Assembly (NCBI GenBank): GCA_052327205.1
Contig: JBMRGM010000043.1
Span: 30,380,001 to 30,444,000 of the forward strand
Length of the DNA stretch: 64,000 nt
Direction: 5' to 3'
Source of the DNA: Somniosus microcephalus
Taxonomy: Eukaryota
The notes under the pieces are model-generated. The model did no database searches and was not told where the DNA came from. It saw only the letters and a list, made by a program, of their open reading frames with translations. The position numbers and the translations under genes are program-made. Shown here piece by piece: positions 38,894 to 52,159 of the stretch. How positions within the stretch are numbered: the stretch's first letter is position 1; each line of letters starts with the position of its first letter.

Positions 38894-39484
38894 TCACAGA
38901 AATCACAGAAACCCCACAGTGCAGATAGAGGCCATTTCGGCCCATCGAGCCTGCACTGACACATATCCCACCCGATCCCCGTAACCCCTACACCAACACA
39001 TGTCCCACCCGATCCCTGTAACCCCACGTATTTAATCCCCCTAACACTAAGGGTCAATTTATCATAGCCAATCAACCTAACCCGCACATCTTTGGACTGT
39101 GGGAGGACACTGGAGCACCCGGAGAAAACCCACGCAAACACGGGAAGAATGTTTTCTCCGGGTGCTCCGGTTTCCTCCCACAGTCCAAAGATGTGCGGGT
39201 TAGGTTGATTGGCTATGATAAATTGACCCTTAGTGTTAGGGGGATTAAATACGTGGGGTTACAGGGATAGGGTGGGATATGTGTTGGTGTAGGGGTTACA
39301 GGGATCGGGTGGGATATGTGTCGGTGCAGGCTCGATGGGCCGAAATGGCCTCTATCTGCACTGTGGGGTTTCTGTGATTTCTGTGAATGTGCAAACTCCA
39401 CACAGACAGTCGCCCGAGGCCGGATTCGAACCCGGGTCTTTGGCGCTGTGAGGCAACAGTGCTAACCACTATGCCACCGTGCTG
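38894..39484 (-). mobile_element. Full-length HE1-like (tRNA-derived, V-type) SINE interrupted by an inverted 5'-truncated copy of the same family (39151-39386, +)
   Basis: A box TGGCATAGTGG and B box GGTTCGAATCC on the minus strand; CR1-like 3' tail ggctcgatgggccgaaatggcct..(ctgtgattt)n; gaatgt repeated at both junctions of the inner copy. Confidence 0.9.
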
Positions 39485-39535
39485 TATGAATCTATTAACC
39501 ATATCAGTGTCCTACTGGCACGGGTATATAATTTT

Positions 39536-40030
39536 ATAGAAGCATGGGATAGTACAGCACAGAAGGAGGCCATTCGGTCCATCGAATCTGCACCGGCTCT
39601 TTCAAGGTACCACAGCACCGCTTATGCCCCATATCCCTGAAGTTTGTTTCTCCTACCAGTATTTATCCAATTCCCTATTGAAGGCTGCTATTGAATCTGC
39701 ATCCACCACTCTATTGGGCAATGAATTCAATATCATAACCACTCGTTGCATTAAAATAATTTTTCCTTATGTCGCGTCTGTTTTTATGCCAATCAACTTA
39801 ATTCTCTCCCCCCTGGTTATCGATCCTTCAGTCATTGGAAAGATTTTCAATTATTTAATCTACATAAACATTTCATGATTTTAAATACCTTTATCAAATC
39901 TCCTCTTAGCCTTTTCTGCTCTAAGGAGAACAACCCCAGCTACTGTAGTCTATCCACGTAACTGTAAACCCTGATCCCGGGAACCATTCTAATAAATCTC
40001 TTCTGCACCCTCTCTAAATTGCCCTATAAG
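39536..40030 (-). mobile_element. Degenerate CR1 3' fragment
   Basis: acagcacagaaggaggccattcgg 3' end followed by the ORF2 C-terminal remnant. Confidence 0.7.
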
Positions 40031-40729
40031 TTTGGGTACAGTCCCAATATTGACCCTCTCCGCTGCATCTCTATTAGTTCCTGCTCTCATACTGGCATCA
40101 ACCCTGTCCATTGCTGGTTCTCAAATTATACTTCAGATGTCCAAGTCTTTGGATGTTGGTAATAACTTTCATCCCCAACCTGCCTGCAAGTCATTCACAC
40201 CATCAGCTTCTATTTTATTTTGATAATTCGTGTCCCTGAGCAGGCTGGCTGTGAATCAATAATTGTACTCCTGTCCCAAGCATTACCAGAATATCGGTTG
40301 TCTAACAACAATCTAAATAGTAATGATTATAACACTTACTCAGTTTTGTTATCCTGTATTTAAAAAGTTATATTTTTACTAATATGTTATAAACCAATTA
40401 AATCTTGTCCATGTCGCTTTGTCTGGATTTTAACTGCAAAGGATAATACCATTGTTCCAGTCTGTAAAATGCAGTCTGTCAGCGAATCTTCAGTTCTCCT
40501 CGACATTCAGTCACAAAATACTATCCTCCCCAGTCTTTCTTCAAGGCACTAAAATGCCATGTGTCGAGCACCAATCCTGCCTGCCTCAGTCTGTGGCGAA
40601 ACTATTATGCTGTGAATCATTTACACCACATCAAACTGTGAGTAGCTTTTAAATATGCTTCAATATCATTGTCCTCACTAATCAATGATGCTGCCTGCAC
40701 TTATGCTGTCATCCATCTGAAATTGTAAA

Positions 40730-41660
40730 CTAGGAGGAGGGGTGGGCTCTGATGAGGATGTCAGGAGGCTACAGTGCGATTTGGACAGGTTGGGGGAATG
40801 GGCGGATACGTGGCAGATGCACTATAATGTGGATAAATGCGAGGTTATCCACTTTGGGGGTAAAAACAGGAGGGTGGATTATTATCTAAATGGCAATAGA
40901 TTGGGAGATGGGGAAGTGCAGAGGGACCTGGGTGTTCTTGTGCACCAGTCACTGAAGGAGAGCATGCAGGTGCAACAGGCAATTAAGAAGGCAAATGGTA
41001 TGTTGGCCTTCATATCAAGGGGGTTCGAGTATAGGAATAGGGATACCTTACTACAGCTGTACAAGGTGCTGGTGAGACCGCATCTGGAGTATTGTGTACA
41101 GTTTTGGTCGCCCCATCTGCGGAAGGATGTTCTTGCCATGGAAAGAGTGCAGCGGCGATTCACCAGGCTGATACCTGGAATGGCGGGAATGACCTACGAG
41201 GGGAGATTGAATAGTTTGGGCTTGTACTCACTGGAGTTTAGAAGGTTGAGAGGGGATCTCATCGAAACATATAAAATTATGGCAGGCCTGGACAGGCTGA
41301 ATTCAGAGAGAATGTTTCCAATGGCAGGGGAGCACAGAACCAGGGGCCACAGTCTAAAAATAGCGGGCAAATCATTTAAAACAGAGATGAGGAAGAATTT
41401 CTTCACTCAAAGAGTGGTGAGCCTGTGGAATTCCCTGCCACAGAGGGCTGTGAAGGCTAATTCAATAAATATTTTCAAGAGAGAATTGGATATATTTCTG
41501 AAGGCTAAGGGGATTAAGGGTTACGGAGAAAAGGCGGGGACGGGGTACTGAACTGGTAAGATCAGCTATGATCTCAGACGAAGATCAGCCATGATCTCAT
41601 TGAATGGCGGAGCAGGCTCGAAGGGCCGAATGGCCTACTCCTGTTCCTATCTCTATGTTT
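40730..41660 (+). mobile_element. Young 5'-truncated CR1 with an uninterrupted ORF2 C-terminus
   Basis: 269-aa ORF 40742-41551 has no stops; 3' UTR hairpin and ctatctctatgtt tail present. Confidence 0.95.
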
Positions 41661-42574
41661 ACCCAATGTATCAGTAAATTACCTGTACCGCTGTCGACTT
41701 CCTTTAAGTCACATACTGTGCTTGGACTAACTGCAGCAACATTTTCATACACAGCAGCGTTAAACATGCAAGAGTCCCCCCCTCCACCCCTCCATCACTT
41801 TCAGTGAGTCAAGTCACGGGTGATACAGGTCAGGTTAATAAACAAGTGTATCAGACCCGGCGCTCATGTTCAAACTATCCAACACGGCATCTCCACACTC
41901 AGATTTATTTCAAAAATTCGCACTTCTTCACCCTTTCAACCAGAGATTCGTCCCCTTCCCCAGTCTGTTCAACAATAACCAACGTAGCTATTTCATGTTC
42001 AGGCTTACTAATAGTTAATCATTCATCTAATTAGTTATCTTATAAGAAAGACGATTCATGTTACAGATCAGTCAGAATATTCCCTTCCTAAGATATTGAT
42101 TACACCTGCCATTGAAAAGCAGAATGCGCTCAGTACTGTGTTGTTCATTCAGTAATAGGGAACAGACTTCAGACGGGTACGTTACCAAAATTCCTGATCA
42201 TATGTGTTGCAATAGTAATTGCGATTATTTTTATATTGGAAGAGCCCACTGTGCTTACAATCAGCCAATCAGTTTTCTCCGAATGCCATGAGAAATGTTC
42301 GAATATCCCGTCACTGAAAGAGGGCAGCCAGCAGAGAATCATTCCGGTTAAAATTATGTATTCAGCTGCCAAAATAGAGTGCCAAGTTTACATAAAGCCA
42401 ATCAGCTATTACGTGAAAATATCGAGGCCCGAACCTAACTGATCAGGAGCTGAAATGATACAGCCAAGTTAAAATCGGCCAATCGGTGTGCTCCAACGTC
42501 AATATGTTATATTCAAGGAAACATAGCACTGAAATAAATTGTCCTGCAGAGAATTATTAGGGTAACAAATATTC

Positions 42575-45500
42575 GGAATGCTTCAGAAAGAATAGCTTCA
42601 GGGCTGTAGAGAGGGCTTTAAACTAATAAGTGGTGGGGGGGAGGAGGGAGGTTTCTAGAGAGCAAATAATAAAAATGACAACGGAGAAGGTCATAGACCT
42701 AGGTAACAGTAGGGGAATTAAAAATCAGAGCGTGTCAGGAAGGGACAGAAGGTATGGAGTAAAATGTAAAGTAGTAAAAGGGGAAAAAGCAAGGACTAAG
42801 TATACAAAACATATTTGAATGTTCTTTATCTGAATGCATGTAGCATTCGTAACGCAATGGACGAGTTAACGGCACAAATAACTACATATGGGTATGATCT
42901 TGTGGCCATTAGAGAAACATGGCTGCAGGTTGACCATGACTGGGAATTAAACATACCAGGGTATTTAACAATCAGAAAGGACAGGCAGGAAGGAAGGGGA
43001 TGTGAGGTGGCTATGTTAATAAAGGAAGGAATCACTAATACAGAGAAATGATATTGGGTCAAAGGATCAGGATTGTGAGATACAGTTTGGGTGGAGATAA
43101 GGAATAATAAGGGGAAGAAAACACTAGTGGGCGTAGTCTATAGGCTTCCTAAAAGTTGCAAATCTGTTGGACGGAGTATTAATCAGGAAATAGTTGGGGC
43201 TTGGAATAAGGGAACAGCTATAATTATGGGGGATTCTAACTATCATATTAACTGGACAAATCAAATTGGGCAGGGCAGCCTTGAGGAAGAGTTTATTGAG
43301 TGCATTAGGGATGGGTTTCTTGAGCAGTATGCAACTGAACCGACCAGGGGGCAAGCAACCTTATATCTGGTCCTGTTTAATGAGTCAGGATTAATTAAAA
43401 ATGTCCTAGTAAAGGATCCCCTTGTAATGAGTGACCATAACATGGTTGAATTCCATATTCAATTAGAGGGCGAGAAGGTTGGATCTCAAACAAGCGTACT
43501 GAGCTTGAATTAAGGAGACTATGAAGTTATGAGTGCGGAATTGATTAGAGTGGACTGGGAAAATAGATTAAAGGGTAAGACGGTACATGACCAGTGGTGT
43601 ACATTTAAGGAGTTATTTTACAACTTTCAAAAAATATATATTCCACTGAGGAAAAAAGGGTGTAAAAGAAATGACAGCCATCCGTGGCTAAGTAAAGTAA
43701 TTAAGTAAAGTATCCATCTAAAAACAAGGGCATATAAGGTAGCCAAATCTAGTGGGAGGATAGAAGATTGTGAAGCCTTCAAAAGACAGTAAAAAGTATC
43801 TAAAAAATTGATTAAGAAAGGGAAGATAGATTATGAAAGTAAATTAAATAAAATATAAAAACAGATAGCAAGAGTTTCTATAGTTATATAAAAAGTTAAA
43901 GGGTGGTTAAAGTAAATGTTGGTCCCTTAGAGGATGAGACAGGGATATTAATGGTGGGAAACATGGAGATGGTAAAAACGCTGAACAAATATTTTGTTTC
44001 AATCTTTATGGAAGAGGACACTAGGAATATCCCTACACTGGACAAACAGGGGGCTCTAGGGGGGGAGGAGCTAAATACGATTAAAATCAATAAGGAATTG
44101 GTACTCGGTAAAATAATGGGACTCAAGGCGGATAAATCCCCTGGACCTGATGGCTTACATCCTAGGGTCTTGAGGGAAGTGGCGGTAGGGGTTGTGGATG
44201 CATTGGTAATAATTTTCCAAAACTCCCTGTATTCAAAGGTCCCGGCAGATTGGAAAACTGCTAATGTAACACCCTTATTTAAAAAGGGTAGTAGGCAGAA
44301 GGCTGGAAACTATAGACCAGTTAGCCCAACATCTGTGGTTGGTAAAATTTTGGAGTCCATTAATAAGGAGACAGTAACGGGACATTTGGATAAACATAAT
44401 TTAATAGGACAAAGTCAGCATGCTTTTATGAAGGGGAAGTCATGTTTGACAAATTTGCTTGAGTTTTTTGAGGACGTAACATACAGGGTGATTAAAGGGG
44501 AACCAGTGGACGTAGTGTATTTAGACTTCCAAAAGGCAATTGACAAGGTGCCACACAAAAGATTTTTGCTCAAGATAAAAAATCATGGAATTGGGGTAAT
44601 AGTCTGGCATGGGTGGAGGATTGGTTATCTAACAGAAAGCAGAGAGTTGGGATAAATGGTTAATTCTCAGACTGGCAATCAGTAACTAGTGGTGTTCAGC
44701 AGGGGTCGGTGCTGGGTCCTCAACTCTTTACAATCTATATTAACGATTTGGAGGAGGGGACCGAGTGTAACATATCAAAGTTTGCAGAAGATGTAAAGAT
44801 GGGAGGGAAAGTAGTGAGTGTGGAGGACATAAAAAACCTGCAAAGGGACATAGACAGGCTAATAAGTGGGCAGAGATTTGGCAGATGGAATACAATACTG
44901 GAAAGTGTGAGGTTATGCACTTTGGCAGGAAAAATCATAGAGCAAGTTATTATCTTAATGGCAAGAAACTGGAAAGTACTGCAGTACAAAGGGAACTGGG
45001 GGTCCTGGTGCACGAAACTCCAAATGTTAGTATGCAGGTGCAGCAGATGATCATGGAATTGGGGAAATAGTCTGGCATGGGTGGCCAATGGAATGTTGGC
45101 CTTTATTGCTAGGGGGATAAAATATAAGAACAGGGAGGTATTGCTGCAGTTATGCACGGTATTGGTGAGACCGCACCTGGAATACTGCATACAGTTTTGG
45201 TGTCGATACTTAAGAAAATACATACTTGCTCTCGAGGCAGTACAAAGAAGGTTCACTCGGTTAATCCCGGGGATGAGGGGGTGGACATATGAGGGGTGGT
45301 TGAGTATATTGGGACTCTACTCATTTGAGTTCAGAAGAATGAGTGGCGATCTTATTGAAACATATAAGATTGTGAAGGGGCTTGATCGGGTGGATGCGGT
45401 GAGGATGTTCCCAATGATGGGTGAAACTAGAACTAGGGGGCATAATCTTAGAATAAGAAACTGCACTTTCAAAACTGAGATGAGGAGAAACTTCTTCACA

Positions 45501-45735
45501 CAGAGGGTAGTAGGTCTGTGGAACTTGCTGCCCCAGAAAGCTGTGGAAGCTACATCATTAAATAAATTTAAAACAGGAATAGACAGTTTCCTAGAAGTAA
45601 AGGGAATTAGGGGTTACGGGGAGCGGGCAGGAAATTGGACATGAGTCTAGGTTCGGATCGGTCATGGCTCTGTGGGTGGCGGAGTGGGCCCAGGGACCGT
45701 GTAGCCTGGTCCTGCTCCTACTTCTTGTGTTCTAA
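42575..45735 (+). mobile_element. CR1 LINE with near-complete but disrupted ORF2 (APE endonuclease + RT)
   Basis: LYLNACSIRN..ETWL, GVVYR, MSDHN, GPDGLHPRVL, YLDFQKAIDKVPH, LEYCIQFW motifs spread across frames. Confidence 0.95.
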
Positions 45736-46152
45736 TTCTGTGCTACATTTCAGGAGATGGTTCTATTCACAGGAATTAGTGGAGACCTCGGGAACAGGCT
45801 GCCAGCTAGGTGTCCTTCAAGAGTAAATTGGGCCTGTTGCTGGCTGGGGTGGAGGTCACCTTTTACAGAAGGTAAGTACTGTAGGAATAACATGGACAGA
45901 GTGCTCTCCTGGACGAGTTTCGATCGCCTAGATAGGTCGGAGAGGAATTTCCCAGATTTTTTCTCCCAAATTGGCCATTGGGTTTTTTATCTGGTTTTTC
46001 TCCTCTCCTGGGAGATCACATAGGTTCGGGTGGGATGGAGAGTGGAAGTAGATTTGAGGTTAGGATCAGATCAACCATGATCTAATTCAATGGCAGAGCA
46101 GGCTCGAGGGGCCGATTGGCCTACTCCTGCTCCTATTTCTTATGTTCTTATG
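45735..46152 (+). mobile_element. Mosaic of LINE 3' ends
   Basis: A second CR1 terminus (gcaggctcgaggggccgattggcctactcctgctcc..ttcttatgttcttatg) at ~46095-46152; the intervening piece is unclassified. Confidence 0.55.
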
Positions 46153-47219
46153 AATAAGGCTTACACATGAAACTGTCCAGAACCTAATCCAATTCTTCAG
46201 TAGCTGAAATGATACATCCAGGTTTATAAGCAGACAATTAGTACCAATACAGAAACTCCAGGCGAAATCAATCAATCAGAAGATGTCCCGAAACATCTGG
46301 GAGGTAAGCAGTTATTAATCTGGCGTATACAAGCGAAATGTCCAAGCGATCGAAAGTCATTTAGGTCAGAATGAAAATATTTCAGGCACAGTCAGGAAGC
46401 TAGTTTACCAAAAGTTTCATTAGATCATTGGCCTCATGGCATCTACATCCAGAAACAGATGCTGAAGTTATTCAACTTGGGCCCCTTATTCTCTGTGATG
46501 AGGCATCAACAGCTGTATACAGCAATGAAATGAATCAGGTTCTGTACATAGAGGCTCTTGTGAAGAAAAATCCAAATCGTGGTTGAATCGTGACGATTGA
46601 CAGTTTTTGCTTTGAATGAACATCACGAACTGAGGTGCTCCCCAGCAATATTGTTCTTTAGTCACTTGTAGGAATAACATGCTTGCTTCAACTATTGCCT
46701 TCAGAATTTTCTGTAGATTCCTGTAGACTCCGAACATCTGTATTTATCTTCTTGGTGCTCAGGCTCTCGATTGCCTTCCAGTTGCTGATGATTCATGTCA
46801 CATGAGCCTCGTTACAGTCAGAAGATTCAAACTTTCCATGAAAGGAAATTAACATTCTATCAATGCAAAATTCTCTATTGTATTGCACATTTTGAGTCCA
46901 TTTCTGTTACTCGTTTGATATGTTTTCACAAGGAATTAATTATCAGATCGAATATAAAGATTAAGAAAAAGATATCTAAGGACAGTAAGATCACTTTTAT
47001 TTCGTTCGACCGAGTGGTGGAGAAGGAAATCCATCTCGGCTCTTAAGAGTATCCAAGTAAATTAACTGCAATATTAGTATAATTTAACTTTCTGATTCTT
47101 TACATAAGGCACAATTTTATTCTGTAGAGAGCCATCATATTTCACTCAGGATTTACACAGTTTCGCAAGCAACAGGTGTCCATAAGAGTACGACTGTAAT
47201 ATCAGAGATTAATGACGGT

Positions 47220-47920
47220 TTAGAGAAAGAGATAGGGAGTAGAGATTTTAGACAGAGGTAGAGATAGAGACAGAGATAGTGATAGTGATAGAGATAAAGA
47301 TAGAGATAGAATATAGAGAAAGAGGGATATAAATCGAAATAGATATTGATAGGCACAGAGGCAGAGAGATGATTGAGACGGACATAAATTTGGAGTTACT
47401 GGTAGACAAATAACTAGAGCCAGTGATAGAGATACTAATAAATTATTTGATACAAATAGAGGTGCATAAACATATAGAAAGAGTCTGGCATAGACGTAGA
47501 GATAGGGGAGCTAGAGATCGATATCTAAATGGACATAGACAGAGAGAGATAGAGTTGTAACCAGCAAGACAGAGTGATCAATAGAGATAGATACAAATAG
47601 ATAGATAGAGAGAGAGATGGAGCGATGGAAAGCGAGATAAATGTAAAGAAATATAGTGAGGCATGATGATAGATTGCGAGAGACTGGGATATACGTAGAG
47701 ATAGAGAGATGGAGGTGGATAAAGAAGTAGAGATATAAAGATAGAGCTAGACATAGATATGGAGATAGGTAAAGACTGATTGATGGAGGTGGACATAGAG
47801 ATCAACATAGAGTTCGAGATAGGAATAGACATAGAGAGAGACATAGACATAGACACAGATATAGATGTAGACCAGCCACTGACATAGACTTTGAGATAAT
47901 GTTAGAGATATAATAGGTCA
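47220..47920. repeat. Degenerate (GATAGA)n / GA-rich satellite
   Basis: Visible tract; it produces the low-complexity ORFs 47153-47356 and 47578-47856. Confidence 0.85.
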
Positions 47921-49329
47921 ATATCCAGACAGTGAAGAAGAAAACCTAACGCTAGATTGTGCTGAGTGTACGCAGAGAAGGAAATAGAAACTCTATGTGG
48001 TTTTTCCCAATGTCTCGTCGTAACGTTGGTGGAATTTCCGTGGAAAACTTGCAGAAAGGGTGATCTCTCTGGAGTTGTAGCCTAACTTCTGCCGAAGTGA
48101 TAACGATATTGGAGAGAACTTCCGATGGAAATGTTACCCCAAACAATCTACGGTTCATCACATGCTGATCAGGTTGAACTTACCGGTGCTTTGAGCTGAT
48201 CGCACACCTGCAGACTCGGAATTGCCTGCAGAATTCTCTTCACTTGGAGGTCTGTTTCTAGTTGCCTCCCTAAGTGCGGAAATGTTCACAGAGATTAAAG
48301 TTTAACAATAATCGTGGACAACGGAAATGTTACTTTCAAATAAGATGAAATAGTAGAATAAATATCAAAAACAAGCAAGCAGTTTACAAGAGACATAACC
48401 TTAAACTTGCAAGTCCACATCCATTGGACCAGTTGAAGAAGCTCAAGGTAGACAGGTTGCCGATCCGTGGCACTTTCCTCCCCAGGGGTCTAACGTCGTT
48501 CTCTCAGCAGATCCTGAATTACCTCAGATATTTTCCAGATTTCCCTTATCATGACTCACTTCAGTAGAAATTGGTCCTTGAAGACACCGCAAAGCGAAAT
48601 GTAGCGAATCGGCTGTCCATTTAGAAATCCTCTAGATCATTTTTGATCCATTGAAATTTATGGAAAATAAAATCGGTCGAGTCCAAAATGTGCAATAGAT
48701 TCGTTAGTGCTCGCTGTGTGCTGCGGCCCCAAATTAAGTTATACTGATTATGGTTGAAGATTGTAACGTAGTAAGAGTGTCTCCTGGCGGGGGGTATATG
48801 ATCCACATTACTGCTGGGCAGTAAGAAACAGCACTCGCCGGATTTTCATAGCTTCGAAATTGTTTCACAGGATAATCGGGCGCAATCTCAATTGGACGGC
48901 TGACCAGAAATGGCAGTTTATGCCCGAGCGGCAAGTTGGAAATTTGAAGTTAATATTCACTTTTACCGTCCAGCAGAATATGGGTGGTAAAGGCTCAGCC
49001 GCTCGTCTTACACTCCAGCCGAATTTGGAAATGGAAAGTAGGCTGTGTGTAAAACTGGCCGGCCATCCCTTACCACCTGCTTTCAACTCCATTGGAAAAG
49101 CAAATTTGACCCATTGTGTCCTAAATGGAAGGGAGGATTCAATACCAAATAAAAGGAAGAATGTATCATTGATATTTGGGTATCAGTTTAAAAAAAAAAG
49201 TGGGTGCAGTGTTGAAAGTGAATTAGGAACTGTAGAGAATGTTGAGATATATCACCACCGTGTAACTTATAAATCACGGGAGATAACCTTAAAATTATAG
49301 TTGGTATTGGAGCATGTCCTTTGTTAAAA

Positions 49330-50685
49330 ACATTTTTTCTATGATTTTTGTGCTAAAAATCACGTTGGAGGAAATCAAAGAGGAACCTGGTGGAGAGGTT
49401 CACACATCATTTACAGAACAGGCAGGATTTTCCTTGCACGCAGCTTAATGGAACAGGGAGCAAGTGGTTCTGCTTTCGGCAAGAGCTCCTTCCCAACCAA
49501 GCTTCCTTTCTGTGTTCTGCCCAGCAGATGTCCCACATCTGGCGCAGGGAGTACAGTGCTGGTATCATTTTAATAAAATAAACATTGATTCTTTTGTTGA
49601 ATATAAAGGGCGTGTCACGAGCTTACATTCAAAACCAGGGCGATAGAGCCTTGAAAGGAGTTGGAGTATTGTGATAAAATTCAGTCTTGAAAGAATAATG
49701 CGAAGTTTAGCAATAATTATTTATGATTAAGAGGTTTTTGGGAAATGTGCATACAGATGTGTTTTATATGTGTTTATATCAAGCGGTTCTGCGTTCAGCA
49801 AGGGATACCTTCCAACTGAACATACGTTATGCTGTCAGCCCAGCAGATGTCCCACATCTGGCGCAGTGAGTACAGTGTTGATATCATTTTTATAAGAGAA
49901 ACATATTAGACTCTTGATGAATGTAAAGGCAGGATCATTAGATTAGTTCCAAAACCAAGGGGACAGAGTGATGAAAGGAGTTGGAGTATTTTGAAAAAAT
50001 TAGTCTTGAAAGAAGAATGAGAAGTTTTTTGAAATATTATTTATGATTATGACAGGATGGTGGAATGTGCTTAGAGATGCGTTTTAATACCGAAGCTCAA
50101 GAAGAGTGCCACAGTTACAAATTGAGGGCCACAGAAATCAAGAAAGATAACCGTAAATTTATAATTGGTATTGATGCAAGTTCATGGGGTATCAATGATT
50201 TTTCCTGCCATTTGTTTGTTAAGAATCATGTTGAAGGAATGCAAAGATGAGAATATGGTGGAGAGGTTAACACATCTTTTACAGAACATGCAGGATTTTC
50301 CTTTCACGGTACTTAATGGAACAGAAATCAAGCGTTTCTGCTTTCAGCAAGAGATCATTCCGACCAGATCTTCCTTTCTGTGCTCTGCCCAGCAGATGTC
50401 CCACATCTGGCGCAGTGAATACAATGTTGATATCTTTTTAATAAGAGAAACATACTAGACGCTTGTTGAATATAAAGGCTGGGTCACTAGATTAGTTACA
50501 AAACCAGGGAGATAAAGCCTTGAAAGGAGTTGGAGTAATTTAAAAAAAAATCAATCTTGAAAGAAGATGGAGAAGTTTTAAAAATTATTATTTATGGTTA
50601 TGACAGGATTGGGTAATGCGTATAGAGATGTGCTTCCATACCGAAGCTCTAGAAGAGTGCCACAGTTTCAAATTGAGGGCCACAC
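49330..50685. repeat. Local tandem triplication (partial units up to ~500 bp)
   Basis: cccagcagatgtcccacatctggcgcag at ~49520, ~49840 and ~50387; tgaaaggagttggagta at ~49652, ~49972 and ~50521. Confidence 0.85.
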
Positions 50686-51604
50686 AAGCGTATCGAAAGT
50701 TCAAGCAACATTCAGTCAGAGGTTAAAACACATGTGGAATGATGTCCAGCATAGGGGAGTCGGAAAATAAACAGCGACTGGATTCACAAGGGGACTAGAT
50801 ATTCCAAGCCAACAAACACTGTTCAAGCTGATCAATAGTAGAACTGTATCCAGAAAAGCTTGTTCAGTTAAATGGACCACTGCCTGAGATAGTCACTGTG
50901 TGAATGTTACTAAAATTAACTACATGCGCAATCGCCCTGCACACCAAATCCTAGAATGCTTCAGGTCCCTGTGATTTACATGAGGATTAAATTGGAGGAT
51001 TAAAGAATAGTCCAGCTCACTGAGTGATTGAAGAGTTTGGGGTATAATTTCTTCTTGGGCGGTGGTGGAGAGCAGGGTTAAACGAAACTCCAACAGTTTT
51101 TACACTCCGCCCAATATTTGTTTACAAGTCACTGGAATCTAATCTGCGGACTGTAAAACGATTTGTAATCACCCCTTTTACTGTGCCACGCAGGGCGAAT
51201 TTCACTCTGTTTAAGTTAGGAAGTTCAGGTACAACTGACATAACTTAGAAAATGATCACTCCTTATAGACTGCAGGGAGTGTAATCGTTTGAGTGCGAGC
51301 TACAGTAAAGGCTTATCGTCAATGGGGCAGATTTTCCAACTCGGTGCCCGGAATAAAAAGTGGTGTAGCAGAACAGACACGCGTTGTAGAAACCACATGT
51401 TTTTCAATCCCATTCAACTCAAATTAAATTAAAATATGGTGTTTTCTATAACAGGAGGCTGATCCGTAATGCCAGATTAAAGTTCAATGCAATTGATAAA
51501 ATCTACCGCACAAGCATTTACCGCGTTTAGTTCAGCTATACAGAGACTGAGTATATTCAGGGATATAGCTATGGCTTATTCAGCTAAAAATTGCGTGGAC
51601 TTAC

Positions 51605-51635
51605 CCAAACGATTGTGAAATTCTTGAAGAATTTT
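51605..51635 (-). CDS. Gene B first cytoplasmic exon (ENSSRISQSFG)
   Basis: ttttatccag / GG|gtaagt, 31 bp, paralog of 7947-7977. Confidence 0.78.
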
Positions 51636-52159
51636 CTGGATAAAACAGGAAGAGACCTACTTCAGCAAGTTGTACAATAAATATTGCTGTACAGGTGGAT
51701 TTGTTTAACTGCAAACGTATTCATTCACATTAAATCTAAACTTTTACAAACGTGCATTAAATGACTTATTAATACAGAATCAATACAGAAAAGATATACA
51801 GAAACATGTAAGATATTACCATATACCGCGTTACAAATCCTTTAGGATGCATCGTCTCCTCACACTAACCACGAATGATGCTGCCACTTATTGTTCTACC
51901 CCTCGGCCACATGCATATCAATTCTGAACAGCACAAAGGGAAATAAAAACACTTAACTGGGCAAATTCGCCCCAGTCTTAAGCTCCTGTCTGTTCTGAGA
52001 TCGTCATTTCAAATAACATTTTTCTTTTTCCAGCCCAGACTATCCCTCTTTTGCCCAAATAATATGGTTGCATTTTGAATGTCGCAACTGAATATAGAAT
52101 ACACTGAAGCCCTTCACGTGACTATAGAGCCAATCACCTGCCTGTAAAACATGACTCAC

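Noticed and set aside
39405-39484. tRNA gene
   Set aside because: The A and B boxes belong to the tRNA-derived head of a SINE that continues into body and CR1-like tail.
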